Source: Patescibacteria group bacterium (GTDB lineage Bacteria; Patescibacteriota; Patescibacteriia; Buchananbacterales; UBA6539). Taken from it: DNA of 64,000 bases. Below the pieces are notes generated by a model, which was not told where the DNA came from, ran no database searches, and worked only from the letters and a program-made list of their open reading frames with translations. The DNA is taken from contig JBAZSB010000001.1 in assembly GCA_041662625.1 (NCBI GenBank), positions 855,710 to 919,709 of the forward strand, given 5' to 3'. A program made the position numbers and the translations under genes. Shown one piece after another: positions 29,095-37,663 of the stretch (its first letter is position 1; each line of letters opens with the position of its first letter).

Positions 29095-29111
29095 TAAACA
29101 GCCCAACAATC

Positions 29112-29132
29112 CGACAACACGTTTTGTGTGCC
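29112..29132 (+). mobile_element. Collapsed attC site 3
   Basis: CGACAAC (complement of GTTGTCG) plus acgtttt, fused directly to tgtgtgcc, the start of the next cassette. Confidence 0.7.
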
Positions 29133-29159
29133 ATTGGCGAATAAATTATCTAATAACAT

Positions 29160-29630
29160 ATGACTACAAAACTCACTTTAGCCGAAAAAAAACTAATTAA
29201 TCATGCAAAAAAAGCGGCAGTGAAATATAACAAAACCCGCAAATCTAAGGGCGGCATTGATACGCTGTATTCTTTTTTGTTGTCTGACAGCGGCAAAATC
29301 TATGACGGTGCCTGCCTGGAATCAAATGTTGGCCACGCGAATATCTGCGGCGAAAGACATGCGATTGCCAACCTGATTATGAATGAATCCTACAAAGCAA
29401 AAATAAAAAGCATAGTCGTGGCCGATCCGGTGCCGAAAGCCCAAAAGCACGGCACCATGCCTTGCGGCACTTGTCGGCATTTGATCTGGCAATTTGGCTC
29501 ACCAAAAACCACAGTACTTTGCCTGCAATATATCAAAAAAGAAAATGGCTGGATATTTCTGCCTAAAATTGAAAAATATACCATCAAGAAAATCTATCCC
29601 AATGCTTACGAACCGGTAAAGTGGGACTAA
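29160..29630 (+). CDS. Cytidine deaminase family protein
   Basis: CGERHA and PCGTCR zinc motifs. Confidence 0.88.
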   Translation: MTTKLTLAEKKLINHAKKAAVKYNKTRKSKGGIDTLYSFLLSDSGKIYDGACLESNVGHANICGERHAIANLIMNESYKAKIKSIVVADPVPKAQKHGTMPCGTCRHLIWQFGSPKTTVLCLQYIKKENGWIFLPKIEKYTIKKIYPNAYEPVKWD

Positions 29631-29692
29631 TTTATTCACCAGCAACACACCACACGCTTTATCCGGTTCGCGCTTGCTAAATAAAATTATTT

Positions 29693-30202
29693 ATGCAGAT
29701 AAAACGATTGAATGCCAATCAAATAATCACGCTTACTGACTTTCCTGTTTACAACGAACAGATATTGAAAATATTTTTTCTGATATTTAGAAAAAAATGT
29801 TCCAAAATCATTCCACCTTGCCCTATAATGGCCATATCTTTAGTGGTTCCTTATTTCTCCGGCAAACTAAAAATAGTTTTTTCTAAATTTGCAAGTCGAA
29901 ACCCCCAAGCCAAATATTTTTTACTCGATGGCAGTCACAAAACGACCGCGGCGACACTAACTGGATCAAAAATCGCCGTGATGATCTTTCAAAACAACAA
30001 AGACATACAAATAGCGAAAAACATGGTAAAAACTGGTGATTTATTTAGCTTAATGGTAGACAATACCATTAAAGATAATGCCATTGAATTAAAACGTCAT
30101 TTCAACAAGAAAAAATGTTTTCAAACAGTAGAGGAAAAAACTAAATTAATGGTAAAGAAGAAAGTTATTCCCCAATACATGATTAACTACTATAACAGGT
30201 GA
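29693..30202 (+). CDS. Hypothetical protein, possible ParB/Srx-like fold
   Basis: YFLLDGSHKTTA resembles the ParB/Srx DGxHR motif. Confidence 0.5.
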   Translation: MQIKRLNANQIITLTDFPVYNEQILKIFFLIFRKKCSKIIPPCPIMAISLVVPYFSGKLKIVFSKFASRNPQAKYFLLDGSHKTTAATLTGSKIAVMIFQNNKDIQIAKNMVKTGDLFSLMVDNTIKDNAIELKRHFNKKKCFQTVEEKTKLMVKKKVIPQYMINYYNR

Positions 30203-30261
30203 CATTTTATCAGATTCGCGAGCTGAATAAAATTTTAACCTGCAAGAACTAAGCAAATGAT

Positions 30262-30699
30262 ATGAAAGTAGGAAAAGACTATATTGGTGTTGGTTGCGGC
30301 GCCATTATAATAAATGACAAAAACGAAGTATTGTTAATGAAACGGGCCAAAGATTCCCGGGTAGATGCCGGAATGTGGTGTCGGCCTGGCGGCAAAGTCG
30401 AATTTGATGAATCAGCACCTGAAGCGGTCGAAAGAGAAGTTAAAGAAGAAACCGGCCTTATAATAAAGGTAATTCGAACTTTAGATTTTAGTGAAAAAAT
30501 ATCTGAAGATAAAACCACCCACTGGGTTTCTTTGGGTTTTTTGGCCAAACTTATTTCCGGAGAACTTAAAAATGTAGAGCCTGATAAACATGATGAGATT
30601 AAATGGTTCCCGCTAAATAATCTGCCAAATGGTCTTGCGGAAAATACGAAAAAATCTATTGATTTTTACTTAACACGAGCAGCCGGTTCGCATAATTAA
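30262..30699 (+). CDS. NUDIX hydrolase
   Basis: GGKVEFDESAPEAVEREVKEETGL Nudix box. Confidence 0.92.
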   Translation: MKVGKDYIGVGCGAIIINDKNEVLLMKRAKDSRVDAGMWCRPGGKVEFDESAPEAVEREVKEETGLIIKVIRTLDFSEKISEDKTTHWVSLGFLAKLISGELKNVEPDKHDEIKWFPLNNLPNGLAENTKKSIDFYLTRAAGSHN

Positions 30700-30706
30700 T
30701 CGGGCT

Positions 30707-31204
30707 ATGAGCTTTTACATAATAATCCGTGGACCACTTGGCTGTGGAAAATCTACAATATCTGAAAAATTATCTAAAATTTTAAACGCGGAATACTTTG
30801 CCGTGGATAGAGTCTTAGATGAATACGATTTAACCAAAGATAAAGAAGATGGGTATATCTCGCAAAAAAGCTTTATCAAAGCAAACGAAATAATTACCCA
30901 AAGGGCTGAAAAAATTTTAGCTAATAATCGTTCAGTAATATTTGACGGTAATTTCTACTGGAAATCGCAAGTTGATGACCTGATTAAAAGACTTGGTTTC
31001 CCACACTATGTTTTCACTTTAAAAGCGCCTTTGGAAATCTGCATTGAACGAGATAGTAAAAGGGATAAAATCCACGGCAGTGATGCGGCAGAAGCAGTCT
31101 ACAAAAAATCAACTGAGTTTGATTACGGGATAGTCGTTGATATATCTAAATCTTTAGATGAAGCCGCAAGAAAAATTATTTCTCATTTACCTAAGTCCGA
31201 TTAA
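30707..31204 (+). CDS. P-loop nucleotide/small-molecule kinase (AAA_33-like)
   Basis: GPLGCGKST, VIFDG, CIERDSKR lid. Confidence 0.85.
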   Translation: MSFYIIIRGPLGCGKSTISEKLSKILNAEYFAVDRVLDEYDLTKDKEDGYISQKSFIKANEIITQRAEKILANNRSVIFDGNFYWKSQVDDLIKRLGFPHYVFTLKAPLEICIERDSKRDKIHGSDAAEAVYKKSTEFDYGIVVDISKSLDEAARKIISHLPKSD

Positions 31205-31233
31205 TTATTTAACGCGCTCACCCAAATAAAATT

Positions 31234-31629
31234 ATGCTTACAAAAAATGATAAAAAATTAATAAAAGAGGCAAAAGCTCTCGTCAGAGCGAAAAAAATTC
31301 GAGGCGGGGCCACAAAAGAAGTCGGCTGTGTTTTGCTGACTGCAAAAGGGAAAATTTTTAAAGGCGTTTCTATGGATTTGGCGTGTGGCATTGGATTTTG
31401 CGCAGAACATACTGCCATCTCCGCCATGATCACATATACTAACGAAACCCATATTAAAACTATAGTAGCCCATAATAATAAAAAGGTTATCCCGCCTTGC
31501 GGTCGATGCCGAGAACTGCTGAACCTGATTGACAAGAAAAATCTTGAGACCGAAGTAATAATTTCCGATAATAAAAAAATTAAATTACAAGAGCTTTTGC
31601 CTTTTGCCTGGGATGTTAAAAGAGGATAA
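31234..31629 (+). CDS. Cytidine deaminase family protein (blasticidin-S deaminase-like)
   Basis: CAEHTAI and PPCGRCRE. Confidence 0.88.
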   Translation: MLTKNDKKLIKEAKALVRAKKIRGGATKEVGCVLLTAKGKIFKGVSMDLACGIGFCAEHTAISAMITYTNETHIKTIVAHNNKKVIPPCGRCRELLNLIDKKNLETEVIISDNKKIKLQELLPFAWDVKRG

Positions 31630-31664
31630 CATTTTTTTATTCTTTATTAATTAATCAAAAAAAT

Positions 31665-32006
31665 ATGTCGGATCTTACATTTAAAGAAGTGATACAAAAA
31701 ACCAACGAGGTTATTAAGGCCTTTCAAGAAGTCGAGCAACGTAAATGGGGCATTGAGGGTAATATGATTGAACTTACAAAACAGATAGGCGAACTTGGCA
31801 AAAACGTCATGATGATAGAGAATTACTACCTGGCTGAGAGAAAAAATGATCCAAACTACAATACGGCCTCAAAAGAAGAGATTGGCAACGAGCTGTCTGA
31901 CATATTTTTTATACTTATCAGGATTGCAAATCATTATGGGATTGACCTTGAAAAAGTACACCTAAAAGAATTGGAAATTGCCTTAACTTCACTGAAAGGA
32001 AATTAA
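31665..32006 (+). CDS. MazG-like nucleotide pyrophosphohydrolase
   Basis: ELTKQIGELGK...EEIGNELSDIFF...YGIDL. Confidence 0.8.
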   Translation: MSDLTFKEVIQKTNEVIKAFQEVEQRKWGIEGNMIELTKQIGELGKNVMMIENYYLAERKNDPNYNTASKEEIGNELSDIFFILIRIANHYGIDLEKVHLKELEIALTSLKGN

Positions 32007-32032
32007 AAAAATAAAATTTAACATCACCTAAT

Positions 32033-32530
32033 ATGCTAACGGGGAAAAATAAGATGAGAAAAATATTTTACTTTATTATTGGTTTATTATTAGCAATTCC
32101 GACAGAATCTTTTAGATTTTTTATAGTGGAAAAACGGCCAGCCCCGTGGATATCAATGACAATCGCCTATATAATTCTGCTTGGGATAGGCTACGTTGCT
32201 TCAAAATACATCAAAAATAATCTCATCTACTACATCATCTTTGGAATTTTTGGACTATTCATTGAAGTATTTGTTTGGAAAGTGCTCCCCCAAATTGCTG
32301 CCGTTGGGATCTTGGGCTGGATAATGTGGTTTAGTTTCTGGGGATCGCTATTTTTGATCCCAAGGCTGTATCTTAAAGGTGAACTGCATTCACCCACCAT
32401 AATATTTTTTTGCGGTTCCCTGATATTTTTCATACTATTTTATTTGACCACAAAAAATACTGGGGCGGGTGGTTTGTTTTTTACTAGTTTAAACCTTCCG
32501 TATTTCTTATGGCATTTTAAACATAAATAA
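32033..32530 (+). CDS. Hypothetical membrane protein
   Basis: 5-6 hydrophobic segments; start may be ATG 32054. Confidence 0.65.
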   Translation: MLTGKNKMRKIFYFIIGLLLAIPTESFRFFIVEKRPAPWISMTIAYIILLGIGYVASKYIKNNLIYYIIFGIFGLFIEVFVWKVLPQIAAVGILGWIMWFSFWGSLFLIPRLYLKGELHSPTIIFFCGSLIFFILFYLTTKNTGAGGLFFTSLNLPYFLWHFKHK

Positions 32531-32548
32531 AATTATTCTAATTAAACT

Positions 32549-33037
32549 ATGACATCAAAACAATTTATTGAGGGACAATTGAAGGGTTGTAAACAAAACC
32601 GTTGCGAGGATACTTGCTGCGATGATGACCAAGTTGAGGAATGGGTAAATGAGTATTTTGCTTTCCACGAACGACTCAAAGACTATATCACCTCATTAGG
32701 AATTAAGATAAAATTTATAAAGGACAGAGTTCAATTTACAAATTGTTCAGATGGCAAAAAATGTAAATTTCTAATACACTCCTTAAATAAGGACATTGAC
32801 CCCAGACCAATCGACTGTAAAATATATCCTTTCTGCGTAGACTGGGATTCAATCGATTTTAATGAAAAGATTGTAAGGTTATATTATTGGGATAATTCTT
32901 GTCCTTTGGTCAAAAGTAAATCTATTCCTAACGATTTCAGAAAAGAAGTTGAGGCTATAATTAGACGTGATTTTGCGGTATTATTCTATGGCGCCAGATT
33001 TAAAGTAAAATTCATTAATAAAGTATATAAGGGATAA
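32549..33037 (+). CDS. YkgJ-like cysteine-cluster protein
   Basis: CxxxxCxxxCC...CKFL...RPIDCKIYPF...CP. Confidence 0.65.
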   Translation: MTSKQFIEGQLKGCKQNRCEDTCCDDDQVEEWVNEYFAFHERLKDYITSLGIKIKFIKDRVQFTNCSDGKKCKFLIHSLNKDIDPRPIDCKIYPFCVDWDSIDFNEKIVRLYYWDNSCPLVKSKSIPNDFRKEVEAIIRRDFAVLFYGARFKVKFINKVYKG

Positions 33038-33058
33038 TTTTATTACTAACAAAACCAG

Positions 33059-33601
33059 ATGAATACCATACTCATCCTTCCAGGCTGGCAAGACTCTGGG
33101 CCGACGCATTGGCAAAGCCTTTGGCTTAAAAAATATCCAGGTGCTGTTAAAGTAATGCAAAAAGACTGGATGTGCCCCAAAAAACAAGACTGGGTCAAAA
33201 CCCTCAATGACTATATCGAAAAATATAAGGAAAGCGATATTGTTTTGGTCGGCCACAGTTTAGCCTGCGCCACCATTGCTTACTGGTCAAATGAATTCTT
33301 TTCTAAAACTTCGGCTAGAATTAAGGGGGCACTCTTGGTTAGCCCAAGCGACATGGATGCACCAAATTTTCCCAAAGAAATTAATGGCTTTGCGCCGATG
33401 CCTTTAGAACCGCTCAAGTTTAAAACAATAGTTGTAGCCAGCTCAAATGATCCTTGGGTAAGCCTCCAAAGGGCAGAATACTTTGCACAATGCTGGCAGG
33501 CGGAATTAGTAAATATTGGGCCGCATGGGCACATTAATGCTGACGCCGGCTATGGGCAATGGCCAAAGGGTGAAGAATTGCTACAAAAGCTATTAAAATA
33601 A
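33059..33601 (+). CDS. RBBP9/YdeN family serine hydrolase
   Basis: HWQ, VGHSLAC, SSNDPW, GHIN. Confidence 0.9.
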   Translation: MNTILILPGWQDSGPTHWQSLWLKKYPGAVKVMQKDWMCPKKQDWVKTLNDYIEKYKESDIVLVGHSLACATIAYWSNEFFSKTSARIKGALLVSPSDMDAPNFPKEINGFAPMPLEPLKFKTIVVASSNDPWVSLQRAEYFAQCWQAELVNIGPHGHINADAGYGQWPKGEELLQKLLK

Positions 33602-33841
33602 ATGAAAAATAAACTTACAACAATTATTAAACTGGCTTTATTAGCATTTTTCTCTTTGGTTTGGTTTCTTTTTATACAGGCAGAGTACGAAATGGTAACA
33701 AAACCAGAGCTACAGAATGATTTTCCGATCATCAAGGGGATTTATGCGGTTTTATTTTTGGGTTCTATTTTATTAATTATAGGCGTAATCATTGTTTTTT
33801 TATTATATTCAATCAAAAAATCATGTACGGCAAAAAACTGA
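33602..33841 (+). CDS. Small two-TM hypothetical protein
   Basis: 79 aa; two hydrophobic helices; abuts the upstream stop. Confidence 0.55.
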   Translation: MKNKLTTIIKLALLAFFSLVWFLFIQAEYEMVTKPELQNDFPIIKGIYAVLFLGSILLIIGVIIVFLLYSIKKSCTAKN

Positions 33842-34227
33842 AAAATGTAATAATGGTTGCTATAATCTCGGCTGTCATCTCAGCTCTGATCGGTTTTGTC
33901 ATATTTGAAATGGATTGGCCATTTCTGCCCTTCCCGCTTTTGGCCGGAGTGGCGATAATTTTGGTCCAAAAAGAAACAACCAGTTTAAAATTTTTAGATA
34001 AGCTGCTATTGGGCGCCTTGCTGTTTGGATTTTTGACTTCGCTTTTGATATTTACCAGAACTTATCTTGGCGCCCATTTTATTGTTCAAACAAATGACTT
34101 CCCTTGGTGGCCACTATCCAACCCCAAAGAATTTCTGCTTGTTTCTTTAGTTTTTTCCTTTGTCTGTTTTATGGGCGGACTGGTTGGAATTGTAATCAAA
34201 GGCTTTTACTCGATTATTAAAAAATAA
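33823..34227 (+). CDS. Hypothetical four-TM protein
   Basis: 134 aa, hydrophobic. Confidence 0.65.
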   Translation: MYGKKLKNVIMVAIISAVISALIGFVIFEMDWPFLPFPLLAGVAIILVQKETTSLKFLDKLLLGALLFGFLTSLLIFTRTYLGAHFIVQTNDFPWWPLSNPKEFLLVSLVFSFVCFMGGLVGIVIKGFYSIIKK

Positions 34228-34365
34228 TCAAAAAAATTCAAATAAACATACTACCCGCTTCGCAAGTACAAGAATGCTTGACTTAATCCCATAAATAATA
34301 TAAATTGACATACCATAATAGCAAAACAAATATTTTTAGGAGGTCAACTTAGTGGAGGACCACAG

Positions 34366-34515
34366 ATGAAAGTAAGAAAGGGTGTGAAGGTAATCACCGG
34401 CATCACCTGGGTGGCTGCCCTGGTAATCGCTTCTGCGACCGGCTCGCTTTGGTGGATAGTCGGAACAGGCCTCGGGTCAATACCTGCGTACGCCATCTGC
34501 TTCCGCTGGAAGTAG
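34366..34515 (+). CDS. Unannotated 49-aa membrane peptide
   Basis: MKVRKGVKVITGITWVAALVIASATGSLWWIVGTGLGSIPAYAICFRWK*; SD GGAGGA at 34354; TTGACT at 34278; hairpin at 34543-34579. Confidence 0.6.
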   Translation: MKVRKGVKVITGITWVAALVIASATGSLWWIVGTGLGSIPAYAICFRWK

Positions 34516-34602
34516 CGGCGGAAAGTAGAACTACGTTCTTCAGGGGGAAGGGCGAGAAAACACTTCTTGTCTCTTCCCCACTTCCTAAAAATATTTGTTT
34601 AA

Positions 34603-35136
34603 ATGAACAAAAAACAACATCATATTATGAAACAACAAGTTGTTCTTGTTGATAAAAACAATCGGCAAATCGGGATTGAGGAAAAACTAAAAGCCCATCA
34701 GGCAGGCAAGCTCCATCGGGCTTTTTCGATTTTTGTCTTCAATTCAAAAGGAGAATTACTGATCCAACAAAGAGCCAAAACCAAATACCATTCCGGCTCT
34801 TTATGGGCTAATACCGTCTGCAGTCACCCAAAACCAAAGGAAACTTATACTCAAGCAATTCATCGGCGCTTAAAAGAAGAAATGGGGTTTGACTGCAAAT
34901 TAAAAAAACTATTTTGTTTTATCTACAAAGCCCGTTTCCAAAATGGTTTAACAGAACACGAATATGACTGGGTTTTTATTGGGAAATTTGAGGGAAAACC
35001 TAAGCCAAATTCTGGGGAGGTCAAAAATTATAAATGGATTGCGGTGAAAAAATTAAAACAGGATATAATTAAAAATCCAAATAAATATTCAGTTTGGCTA
35101 AAAATAGCATTAGCAAAAATGAAGTCTTTGAACTAG
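34603..35136 (+). CDS. idi: Type 1 isopentenyl-diphosphate delta-isomerase
   Basis: HRAFSIFVFN, WANTVCSHP, RRLKEEMG, EHEYD; start may be ATG 34627. Confidence 0.9.
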   Translation: MNKKQHHIMKQQVVLVDKNNRQIGIEEKLKAHQAGKLHRAFSIFVFNSKGELLIQQRAKTKYHSGSLWANTVCSHPKPKETYTQAIHRRLKEEMGFDCKLKKLFCFIYKARFQNGLTEHEYDWVFIGKFEGKPKPNSGEVKNYKWIAVKKLKQDIIKNPNKYSVWLKIALAKMKSLN

Positions 35137-35161
35137 CCAAAATTTTTCTCAATACATCAGC

Positions 35162-36784
35162 ATGGAGCAAATCAAAAAATATCTCATCTTGATTCTAACA
35201 TTTATCGTGATTTTTTCTGTCTACGAAGAGTTATCACGTCTTTGGTCAGAGTGCGGCCAACTATCAGCTAGGCTATTTTTGTTCGAATATCCCCTGCTAA
35301 TTTTGGTTGGCAGTCTTTTTTATTTTCCCACCAAAGGTAACTTTAAAAAAAATGTTATTGCTTCACTTGCCGCCATAACCCCGATAATTGCTGCTTATAT
35401 CCTATTTGATTCTTTTTACTATTTCCGCCACCGGACTTTCCGTTTTTCCGATCTCCACAATATTCTAACTATCCGGGATTTTTCTCCTACTCTGCTGGCC
35501 GGCATAATAGCCCTAACGGTCTTTTCCTTTCTCCCAATTCTTATCTTATTTTTTAAAGACATAAAAGATAAAAAAAGTACCGACCCTAATATTGCTCAGA
35601 AAGTCGCTTTAAGATTCCTACTAATCATTATTTTATTCTTTCTGATATTTTCTCCAAGCGTTATCTCCCTCTACCAAAAGAAAACTTTGGAGTTTAGCGG
35701 CTGGTCAGGTAACCAAAATATTGAAACCTATGGCCGGATTGCCTCAATATTCTATTACAGCCAGCAGAGTGCCAATATTACGACTAGACTAGACATGTTT
35801 AATCACCAAAATAGCGTTAAAAATCCGCTAGCCGTAGAAGTTTTGGAAAAACGCAATGTCTATATTATTATTTTAGAGAGTTTTATAGATCCGCAATATA
35901 TCCAAAATGTTTCCTTTACTAAATCGCCGCTCTACGAAAAAATACCCGATATTTTGGGCAATTCTTCTTTTGACGTGGCAATTGCACCGGTCTATGGCGG
36001 CGGCACGGCCCAGTCGGAATTTGAAATTTTTTGCGGTGTGCCGGCGCTGGCAAAAATAGACAGCATTGAATTTAATGTATTTAATGGCAGAGAAGTTAAT
36101 ACTTTAGTGACCGCTTTAAAAAAATATGGCTATTTGGCCATTGCTTCAATTGCGACCAAAGAAAATTTTTACAACGGCACTTTAGCCTACAAGAGTTTAG
36201 GCTTTGACCAGCTGCGTTTAATTGATAAAGTTGATATCCCGGGAGAAAAAAGAAAAGATTATATCTTTGATGGTGACTTGTTGGATCAAAACCTCGAATA
36301 TCTCCAAACTAATTATCTTGGGGCAAAAAAACCTTTTATTACTTATATCTTGGGGATGTATGGGCATATGCCTTTTGAACGTGACAAAACAAGACACCCG
36401 GATGTTTTACAAGCCTATATAAGTAATAAACCAGCTTATGAAATCGAACAAATTGCTAACCAATTCTATCACCGAACCAAGGGGATTTATGATTTTTTAA
36501 TGAAGCTGCGCGCAGCCGACCCAAGTGCGATTGTCCTGGTTATTGCTGATCACCTGCCGCCGGTATTAAATGGTAATACTCACTACGCAATGAGTGATAA
36601 AGAAAACATATTCATTCTGCTTGATGGCCCCACCCGCTACCAACCAACCGAACCAATCCACTATTTTGAAATCCCCTATTTGATTATGGGAATGCTTTCC
36701 GGCCATCAGATTAAAACACCCAATGCAGGTGAACTGAGAAATATGTATTTTAATATTTTAGCCACGGGTAACCAACAACCTTAG
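35162..36784 (+). CDS. LTA synthase-family sulfatase-like membrane protein
   Basis: NVYIIILESFID, GGGTAQSEFE, GHMPF, IADHLP. Confidence 0.85.
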   Translation: MEQIKKYLILILTFIVIFSVYEELSRLWSECGQLSARLFLFEYPLLILVGSLFYFPTKGNFKKNVIASLAAITPIIAAYILFDSFYYFRHRTFRFSDLHNILTIRDFSPTLLAGIIALTVFSFLPILILFFKDIKDKKSTDPNIAQKVALRFLLIIILFFLIFSPSVISLYQKKTLEFSGWSGNQNIETYGRIASIFYYSQQSANITTRLDMFNHQNSVKNPLAVEVLEKRNVYIIILESFIDPQYIQNVSFTKSPLYEKIPDILGNSSFDVAIAPVYGGGTAQSEFEIFCGVPALAKIDSIEFNVFNGREVNTLVTALKKYGYLAIASIATKENFYNGTLAYKSLGFDQLRLIDKVDIPGEKRKDYIFDGDLLDQNLEYLQTNYLGAKKPFITYILGMYGHMPFERDKTRHPDVLQAYISNKPAYEIEQIANQFYHRTKGIYDFLMKLRAADPSAIVLVIADHLPPVLNGNTHYAMSDKENIFILLDGPTRYQPTEPIHYFEIPYLIMGMLSGHQIKTPNAGELRNMYFNILATGNQQP

Positions 36785-36848
36785 AAAAAATCCCCTGCAT
36801 TAAATAAAAAAGGTCCGTTAGGGTGGAACCATACCCAAAATCCAATGT

Positions 36849-37040
36849 TCAGAGCTTTTTCCCACAATGGGGACAAAATGTTCGCCCCCAGCTCCGAGAG
36901 TCATCATGACTGTCGCGACAACGCGATTCGATCGGAATTCTGTTGTTAGTCAACACTCCACATTTAGCACAGTACCTGACCGAACCCATACTTTTGTGGT
37001 CATTTGTGCATTGGCTGCCTTGTTCCAACATTTCCGGCAC
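36849..37040 (-). CDS. Small double zinc-ribbon protein
   Basis: CxxxH...YCAKCG...CxxxH...FCPHCG; GTG start with SD AGGAG. Confidence 0.7.
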   Translation of the reverse strand: MPEMLEQGSQCTNDHKSMGSVRYCAKCGVLTNNRIPIESRCRDSHDDSRSWGRTFCPHCGKKL

Positions 37041-37160
37041 CTCCTTTTTCCTGAGCTCAGCTTATCATAGGCTAAATAAAAAAACAATTCAATTTAAACT
37101 ATCCTAAAAAATAACAAAAACAGCTTCCTTTAAGCTGTCTTTTTAATTAAGAAATATAAT

Positions 37161-37631
37161 TTACTTTTTATAACCAACCGGAATAATCACAACTGGTCTC
37201 AGGTTATCAGTTAGATTTAAAACTTCTCTAGTTTTATTTTCATCAAAGGCTCCAACCCAGCAAGCACCCAGCCCCAAAGCGGTTGTGGCTAAAAGCAAAT
37301 TTTGGGTGGCAGCCGCAGTATCTTGGATTGAATATAAATCATGGCCGCGTTCACCATAATGGTCCTTGGTTTTATTGGAATCAACACAAACCACAATTAC
37401 GATTGGCGCTTTGGCCACAAAACTTTGCCGAAAAGAAATTGCCTGTTCAATCAACTGCTGCTTCTTTTCTTTTTCTTTGACAACCACAAATTCCCAATCC
37501 TGACAATTACCGGCTGAAGGTGCCATCTTAGCCGCATTGATAAGTTTTTCAATCTGCTCATCAGCCACCGGTTTATTAGAATCAAAACTTCGAACGCAGT
37601 GGCGGCTTTTTAGAACCTTCCAAAAATCCAT
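37161..37631 (-). CDS. Nitroreductase family protein
   Basis: RHCVRSF, APSAGNCQDW, LGLGACWV. Confidence 0.92.
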   Translation of the reverse strand: MDFWKVLKSRHCVRSFDSNKPVADEQIEKLINAAKMAPSAGNCQDWEFVVVKEKEKKQQLIEQAISFRQSFVAKAPIVIVVCVDSNKTKDHYGERGHDLYSIQDTAAATQNLLLATTALGLGACWVGAFDENKTREVLNLTDNLRPVVIIPVGYKK

Positions 37632-37663
37632 AGATTATTTAGTAACTAAAACCTACTCACTAA

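Noticed and set aside
27758-29132. Repeats as a CRISPR array
   Set aside because: Units are 140-160-bp palindromes separated by gene-sized intervals, and there are no cas genes. They fit attC sites.
34449-34652. 67-aa ORF in the track
   Set aside because: Lacks an ATG start and SD, crosses a hairpin, and overlaps the better supported 49-aa ORF and idi.
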